Part shown: one piece after another, positions 54,009-64,000 of the stretch
Numbering within the stretch: position 1 is the stretch's first letter
Layout of the letters: the number at the start of each line of letters is the position of its first letter
Source: Alphaproteobacteria bacterium
GTDB lineage: Bacteria; Pseudomonadota; Alphaproteobacteria; SP197
Reading direction: 5' to 3'
DNA: 64,000 bases
Assembly (NCBI GenBank): GCA_964291265.2
Contig: OZ219747.1
Span: 2,880,001-2,944,000 of the forward strand
The notes under the pieces: model-generated
What the model saw: the letters and a program-made list of their open reading frames with translations, nothing else
What the model was told of the DNA's origin: nothing
Database searches by the model: none
Translations under genes and position numbers: made by a program

Positions 54009-54081
54009 CCACGAGGGCCGCCCCTCGTGGTGATCCCGTTTCCCTGCCGGTGATGGTGCGCTGAGCCCTGCCGGCAGGGAA
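54009..54081 (+). promoter_or_regulatory. Paired stem-loops in the rplL-rpoB spacer (possible attenuator/processing site)
   Basis: CCACGAGGG/CCCTCGTGG and TTCCCTGCCGG/CCGGCAGGGAA inverted repeats; no U-tract, function inferred from position only. Confidence 0.4.
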
Positions 54082-54130
54082 GTGGGTGTCAACGCATATT
54101 TCGGGCTGATCGATTGCAGGGGCTGACACC

Positions 54131-57100
54131 ATGGAAAAGCACATGAACAGGCGTTCCACCATGCGGCGCAACTTCGGGCGCATCCCGCCGGTGATCGACA
54201 TGCCCAACCTGATCGATGTGCAACGCGTCTCCTATGACCATTTCCTGCAGCGCGATGCCGGGCCGGACGAGATCCTCGACGAGGGACTCGAGGGCGTGTT
54301 CCGCTCGGTCTTTCCCATCAGCGATGTTTCCGACCGTGCCGATCTCGAGTTCGTGCGCTATCAGATCGAACAGCCCAAGCACACGGAGACGGAGTGCCTG
54401 GCACGGGATCTGACCTATGCCGCGCCCCTGCGGGTGAAACTGCGCCTGGTTCTCTATGACGTCGACCGCGACATCGGCAAGAGGGAGGTCCGCAACGTCA
54501 AGGAGCAGGATGTCTACATGGGAGACATTCCGCTCATGACGGACAAGGGCACCTTCATCGTCAATGGCACCGAGCGCGTGGTGGTCTCGCAGATGCATCG
54601 GTCCCCGGGCGTCTTCTTCGATCATGACAAGGGCAAGACCCATGCATCGGGCAAGTTCCTGTTCGCTGCCCGCGTCATCCCCTACCGAGGCTCCTGGCTG
54701 GAGTTCGAGTTCGACGCCAAGGACATCGTCCACGTCCGCATCGACCGCCGCCGCAAACTGCCGGCGACGACCATGCTCCTTGCTCTGGACTATACCGCCG
54801 AGGACATTCTGGAGACATTCTACGATACGGTGCCGTTCGTGCGTATCCGCCAGGAGTGGGCGCTGCCCCTCACCGATGCGGAACGGGCCGGAGGGATTCT
54901 CGCGCACGATGTCATCGATCTGGCGAAGGGGCGCGTTGTGGCCGAAGCCGGCTCGACGCTGCCGAAGAGGGGCAGGTCCTCCGGGAACCTTGCCGGCCAT
55001 GTCAGGGACGACGCCCTCGTGGGGCGCTGCCTTGCCGAGGATGTGATTGATCCGGAGTCGGGCCAGGTCGTTGTCGACGCCGGTACGGTACTGACCCGTC
55101 GCGAGCTCTCTGAACTGGGATCCGTTGATATCGACGAGATCACCATGTTCGGTGGAGACTCGCCGGTCGTCGCCCTGCGCTCGGGCGAGCACCGGAAGTG
55201 GTTCTTCGCCTTCGATGTCGCCGGCGCAACCGGGGACGTGCTCAAGCACGACCTCGTCGATGTCCGTTCCGGCAACGTGGTCGCCCCGGCGGGGACGCAG
55301 ATGACGGACGCATGGCGAGACGAGTGTCTCGCCCATGCCGACGGACGGCCGCTGGGTGTCGAGGTCAGCCGGGAGGAGCTCGAAGGACGGACGCTGGCCG
55401 TCGACGTGTCGGGTTCCGGTGACACCGTGGTTGCCGCTGCCGGCGCCCATGTCGACCGCAAGCTGCTCAACAAGCTGGCGCGCTCCGATATCGAGAGCGT
55501 CACGCTGTTCGAGGAAGGTGGTACGGTGACTGCGAAGCGTCTCGTTCGCCCGGGCTGGAAAGTGCCGTTCGACGCCTCGGAGTCTTCGGCTCTTCTGGGC
55601 ACCAAGCTGACACGTGATCTCGTCAACGCCGCCGACGGCGCCGTCATGGCGACAGCCGGCACCAAGCTCACCAGGCTGCAGTTGCGCAAACTGGCAAAGG
55701 CCGGACTCGAGGAGCAGTTCGTGGGTGATGAGCTGTTGCTGGGCAGGTTCCTTGCCGGAGACCACATCGACGAGACAGACGGGCTGGTTCTCGCCGAGGC
55801 CGGCACCGAGATCGATCGGGAACTGCTCGACCTCCTCGTCAGTCACGCGAACGACGAGGTGGCAACCCTCGACATCGATCACGTCAAGGTGGGCCCCCAT
55901 ATCTGCAAGACACTCGGTATCGACAAGGCAACGAACCGCGAGGAGGCGCAGATCGAGATCTACAAGGTCATGCGTCCCGGCGATCCGACCACGCCGGAAG
56001 CCGCAGCGGCCCTGTTCAAGGGCCTCTTCTTCGACGCCGACCGCTACGACCTGTCGACGGTCGGACGCGTCAAGATGAACGAACGCCTTGGTCCCGATCA
56101 CGCTGAAACCGGTCGCGTGCTGACGCCCAGCGACATCATGGCCTGTCTGAAGACACTGGTGGAACTACGCGATGGCCGCGGTGACATCGATGATATCGAT
56201 CACCTCGGCAACCGCCGCGTGCGCTCCGTCGGCGAGTTGCTCGAGAACCAGTACCGGGCAAGCCTGCTGCGCATGGAGCGGGCGGTGCGCGAGCGCATGA
56301 GCCAGGCCGAACTCGACAAGGAAGTGCCGCACGATCTCGTCAATGCCAAGACCACGGCGGCGGCGGTGCGCGAGTTCTTCGGAGCGTCCCAGCTCTCCCA
56401 GTTCATGGAGCAGACCAATCCGCTCTCGGAACTGACTCACAAGCGCCGCCTGTCGGCGCTCGGGCCGGGTGGGCTGACCCGCGAGCGCGCCGGTTTCGAG
56501 GTGCGCGACGTGCATCCGACCCATTATGGCCGGATCTGCCCGGTGGAAACGCCGGAGGGGCCGAACATCGGCCTGATCAACTCCCTTGCGACCTTCGCCC
56601 GCATCAACCAGCACGGGTTCATCGAGAGTCCCTATCGCAAGGTGGAACTGATCGACGGTGAACGCCGGGTGACCGACGAGATCGAATACCTGACGGCGAT
56701 GCAGGAGCGGCAGCACACCATTGCCCAGGCCAATGCCAGCCTCACCGAGGATGGCCGTTTCGCCGACGAACTGGTGTCATGCCGCCGGAACGGCGAATTC
56801 GTCATGGCTGAATCGGCCTATGTCGACATGATGGACGTGTCGCCCAAGCAGCTGGTGTCGGTCGCCGCTGCCCTCATCCCCTTCCTCGAGAACGACGATG
56901 CCAACCGCGCCCTCATGGGCTCCAACATGCAGCGACAGGCGGTTCCCCTGATTCGCGCCGAGGCGCCTCTTGTCGGGACCGGCCTGGAGGAAGTGGTGGC
57001 CCGCGATTCCGTTTCCACCATCGTCGCCCGCCGGGGCGGGGTGGTCGATCAGGTCGATTCACAGCGGATTGTCATCAGGGTCAACGAGGAGGAAGCGCTC

Positions 57101-58966
57101 AACACGCTCAATGTCGACATCTATCCGCTGCTGAAGTTCCAGCGGTCCAACCAGAGCACGTGCATCCTCCAGCGGCCGCTTGTCAAGACCGGCCAACGGG
57201 TGGAAAAGGGCGAGATTCTCGGGGACGGACCGTCGACCGACCACGGTGAGCTGGCGCTCGGCCGCAACGTGCTGTGTGCCTTCATGCCGTGGAACGGCTA
57301 CAACTTCGAGGACTCGATCCTCATTTCCGAGCGCATCGTCAGGGATGACGTCTTCACCTCGATTCACATCGAGGAGTTCGAGGTCGTGGCTCGTGACACC
57401 AAGCTTGGGCCCGAGGAAATCACGCGCGACATTCCCAATGCCGGTGACGAGGCGTTGCGGCATCTCGACGAGGCCGGCATTGTCTACATCGGGGCGGAGG
57501 TCGAGGCCGACGACATCCTCGTCGGCAAGATCACCCCGAAGGGGGAGAGTCCGACCACCCCGGAAGAGAAACTGTTGCGCGCCATTTTCGGCGAAAAGGC
57601 CTCGGACGTGCGCGACACCTCGCTTCGGGTGCCTCCTGGCGGTCAGGGAACCGTGGTCGAGGTGCGGGTCTTTTCGCGTGCAAGCTACGACACGGACCAG
57701 CGCGCCGAGACCATTCAAAGCGCCGAGGTCGACCGCCTCGAACAGAACCGGGCCGACGAGCACTCCATCATCGAGCGAACGGTTCAGGCGCGTCTCGTCG
57801 ACCTGCTCGACGGGGGCACCGTCAGGCGCGGGCCCAAGGGTGTTGCGAAGGGCGTCGTGGTCGACCGGGCTCTCCTTGATTCCCTGACCCATGGCCTGAG
57901 ATGGCAGATCGTCGTGGCCGACCGCGCCACCATGGAGGCCATCGAAGAACTCAAGGCTCGCTACGACGACAGGATGGCGGACCTCGAGCGACTGCACAGG
58001 GCCAGCCTCGAGAAGCTCGAGGCGAGCGACGAACTGCAGCCGGGCGTGCTCAAGATGGTCAAGGTCTTCGTCGCGGTGAAGCGCAAGCTCCAGGCCGGTG
58101 ACAAGATGGCCGGACGCCATGGCAACAAGGGTGTCATTTCGCGCATCGTACCTATCGAGGACATGCCCTATCTCCAGGACGGCACGCCGGTCGACATCGT
58201 GCTCAATCCCCTTGGCGTGCCGAGTCGGATGAACGTCGGGCAGATTCTCGAGACCCACCTCGGCTGGGCCAGTGCCGGGATCGGCAGGAAGATCGGCCGC
58301 ATGGTCGACAGCATGACCATCGAGATGCCACTCGACGGAGACAGGGTGTCGACCCATGACGACCTGCGCACCCTGCTCTCCAGGGTCTACGGCGAGGACA
58401 CGGGCAACGGCCGCTTTTCGACGATGAAGGACACCGAACTCATGGAGTCCGCCAACGAGCTGAGATCCGGCATTCCGGTCGCCACACCGGTGTTCGACGG
58501 CGCTGGTGAACGGGAGATCACCGACATGCTCGAGCTTGCCGGTCTCTCTGCCTCCGGCCAGGAGATACTCATCGACGGCCGGACCGGGGAACCCTTCGAC
58601 AGGCCGGTCACCGTGGGCTATCATTACATTCTGAAGCTCCACCACCTCGTCGACGACAAGATCCACGCCCGCTCGGTGGGCGCCTACAGCCTCGTCACGC
58701 AGCAGCCGCTCGGCGGCAAGGCCCAGTTCGGTGGTCAACGTTTCGGCGAGATGGAGGTCTGGGCCCTGCAGGCCTATGGCGCGGCCTACACGCTCCAGGA
58801 GATCCTCACCGTCAAGTCGGACGATGTCGCCGGCCGCACGCGTATCTATGAATCCATCGTCAAGGGCGACCAGTACTTCGAGGCCGGCATTCCCGAGAGC
58901 TTCAACGTGCTGGTGAAGGAAATGCAGGCGCTCGGCCTCGATGTCGAGCTTGAACAGGCAGGCTGA
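54131..58966 (+). CDS. rpoB: RNA polymerase beta subunit with expanded beta-i4 insertion
   Basis: [49 protein letters not shown]; 1611 aa. Confidence 0.99.
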   Translation: MEKHMNRRSTMRRNFGRIPPVIDMPNLIDVQRVSYDHFLQRDAGPDEILDEGLEGVFRSVFPISDVSDRADLEFVRYQIEQPKHTETECLARDLTYAAPLRVKLRLVLYDVDRDIGKREVRNVKEQDVYMGDIPLMTDKGTFIVNGTERVVVSQMHRSPGVFFDHDKGKTHASGKFLFAARVIPYRGSWLEFEFDAKDIVHVRIDRRRKLPATTMLLALDYTAEDILETFYDTVPFVRIRQEWALPLTDAERAGGILAHDVIDLAKGRVVAEAGSTLPKRGRSSGNLAGHVRDDALVGRCLAEDVIDPESGQVVVDAGTVLTRRELSELGSVDIDEITMFGGDSPVVALRSGEHRKWFFAFDVAGATGDVLKHDLVDVRSGNVVAPAGTQMTDAWRDECLAHADGRPLGVEVSREELEGRTLAVDVSGSGDTVVAAAGAHVDRKLLNKLARSDIESVTLFEEGGTVTAKRLVRPGWKVPFDASESSALLGTKLTRDLVNAADGAVMATAGTKLTRLQLRKLAKAGLEEQFVGDELLLGRFLAGDHIDETDGLVLAEAGTEIDRELLDLLVSHANDEVATLDIDHVKVGPHICKTLGIDKATNREEAQIEIYKVMRPGDPTTPEAAAALFKGLFFDADRYDLSTVGRVKMNERLGPDHAETGRVLTPSDIMACLKTLVELRDGRGDIDDIDHLGNRRVRSVGELLENQYRASLLRMERAVRERMSQAELDKEVPHDLVNAKTTAAAVREFFGASQLSQFMEQTNPLSELTHKRRLSALGPGGLTRERAGFEVRDVHPTHYGRICPVETPEGPNIGLINSLATFARINQHGFIESPYRKVELIDGERRVTDEIEYLTAMQERQHTIAQANASLTEDGRFADELVSCRRNGEFVMAESAYVDMMDVSPKQLVSVAAALIPFLENDDANRALMGSNMQRQAVPLIRAEAPLVGTGLEEVVARDSVSTIVARRGGVVDQVDSQRIVIRVNEEEALNTLNVDIYPLLKFQRSNQSTCILQRPLVKTGQRVEKGEILGDGPSTDHGELALGRNVLCAFMPWNGYNFEDSILISERIVRDDVFTSIHIEEFEVVARDTKLGPEEITRDIPNAGDEALRHLDEAGIVYIGAEVEADDILVGKITPKGESPTTPEEKLLRAIFGEKASDVRDTSLRVPPGGQGTVVEVRVFSRASYDTDQRAETIQSAEVDRLEQNRADEHSIIERTVQARLVDLLDGGTVRRGPKGVAKGVVVDRALLDSLTHGLRWQIVVADRATMEAIEELKARYDDRMADLERLHRASLEKLEASDELQPGVLKMVKVFVAVKRKLQAGDKMAGRHGNKGVISRIVPIEDMPYLQDGTPVDIVLNPLGVPSRMNVGQILETHLGWASAGIGRKIGRMVDSMTIEMPLDGDRVSTHDDLRTLLSRVYGEDTGNGRFSTMKDTELMESANELRSGIPVATPVFDGAGEREITDMLELAGLSASGQEILIDGRTGEPFDRPVTVGYHYILKLHHLVDDKIHARSVGAYSLVTQQPLGGKAQFGGQRFGEMEVWALQAYGAAYTLQEILTVKSDDVAGRTRIYESIVKGDQYFEAGIPESFNVLVKEMQALGLDVELEQAG

Positions 58967-58990
58967 CCGCCGGTCGACAGGAGACAGGGT

Positions 58991-63187
<4,197 letters not shown>

Positions 63188-63215
63188 ATGCAGGAGTTTC
63201 ACCCTTTGCGGGGGC

Positions 63216-63244
63216 TTGACCGAATGAGGAACCGACACTATGGT
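63216..63244 (+). promoter_or_regulatory. Putative sigma70 promoter of the str (rpsL) operon
   Basis: TTGACC-17 nt-TATGGT ~125 nt upstream of rpsL. Confidence 0.55.
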
Positions 63245-63369
63245 CCGCTTCCCCTTGCCCCCCTGCGGGGAGGGGAAGCCCTTGAACACACTCACACGAT
63301 CCCGGGGTGCGGGCCACGCGGGAGAGCGGAGAGTGTCTTGTTTGTGCAACGGAATCGGGAACCAGGCGC

Positions 63370-63741
63370 ATGCCGACCGTGAACCAGCTGATCCGCAAGC
63401 CGCGCAAGCCTCGGCGGGCGCGCAACAAGGTACCGGCTCTCGAGGCCTGTCCGCAGAAGCGCGGCGTGTGTACCCGTGTCTACACGACGACGCCCAAGAA
63501 ACCGAATTCGGCCCTGCGCAAGGTGGCGCGGGTCCGTTTGACCAACGGGTTCGAGGTCACGAGCTACATTCCGGGCGAGGGTCACAACCTGCAGGAGCAC
63601 TCGGTGGTCATGATCAGGGGCGGACGCGTCAAGGACCTGCCCGGTGTGCGCTATCACATCATTCGCGGCACCCTCGATACACAGGGCATCGCCCAGCGCC
63701 GCCAGAGCCGTTCCAAGTACGGCGCCAAGCGTCCCAGGTAA
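63370..63741 (+). CDS. rpsL: 30S ribosomal protein S12
   Basis: [34 protein letters not shown]. Confidence 0.99.
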   Translation: MPTVNQLIRKPRKPRRARNKVPALEACPQKRGVCTRVYTTTPKKPNSALRKVARVRLTNGFEVTSYIPGEGHNLQEHSVVMIRGGRVKDLPGVRYHIIRGTLDTQGIAQRRQSRSKYGAKRPR

Positions 63742-63756
63742 GGAAGGAATCCCGCC

Positions 63757-64000
63757 ATGTCACGCCGCCGCGCCGCCGAAAGACGGGATGTCCTCCCCGA
63801 TGCCCTCCATGGCGACATCGTGCTCACCAAGTTCATCAACAGCGTCATGCGAGACGGCAAGAAGGCGGTTGCCGAGGGTATCGTCTATGGCGCCCTGGAC
63901 AGAATTCGCGACACCACCGGCCAGGATCCCATCGGCGTCTTTCACCTGGCGTTGAATGCCGTCAGACCGGCCGTCGAGGTGCGCTCGCGGCGCATCGGCG
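63757..64000 (+). CDS. rpsG: 30S ribosomal protein S7 (partial, runs off the window)
   Basis: Manual translation [15 protein letters not shown]...[19 protein letters not shown]...[10 protein letters not shown]. Confidence 0.97.
   Translation, partial: MSRRRAAERRDVLPDALHGDIVLTKFINSVMRDGKKAVAEGIVYGALDRIRDTTGQDPIGVFHLALNAVRPAVEVRSRRIG

Overview
High-GC alphaproteobacterial chromosome segment (Rhodospirillales-like gene order; taxonomy inferred). Most of it is conserved core: trcR-like (partial), quinone oxidoreductase, yebC-ruvCAB-ybgC-tolQRAB-pal-cpoB-tilS-ftsH-folP-glmM, a glycine-riboswitch gcvT-H-PA-PB operon, the F0 ATP synthase operon, glmU-glmS, gabD-gor, four tRNAs, tuf-secE-nusG-rplKAJL-rpoBC-rpsL-rpsG(partial). 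Two accessory, decaying regions interrupt it. (1) ~16.0-25.7 kb holds a frameshifted PhzF, a TnpB relic, an agmatine deiminase with an in-frame TGA, an intact ISKra4-like IS with an 8-bp target duplication, and IS630/IS66 relics. It also holds an intact Schlafen/AlbA_2-HATPase + orphan ParA gene pair sitting between ruined DUF3883 (helicase C-terminus) and DUF1156 (methyltransferase) stubs, a candidate stand-alone defence module. (2) ~42.7-48.4 kb holds a rubredoxin-like/MBL fusion and a Tat-exported solute-binding pseudogene split by a 2.4-kb IS with a 5-bp duplication. The most unusual core feature is a 1611-aa RpoB whose beta-i4 lineage-specific insertion appears triplicated. All family assignments come from motif recognition by eye; no database search was run.
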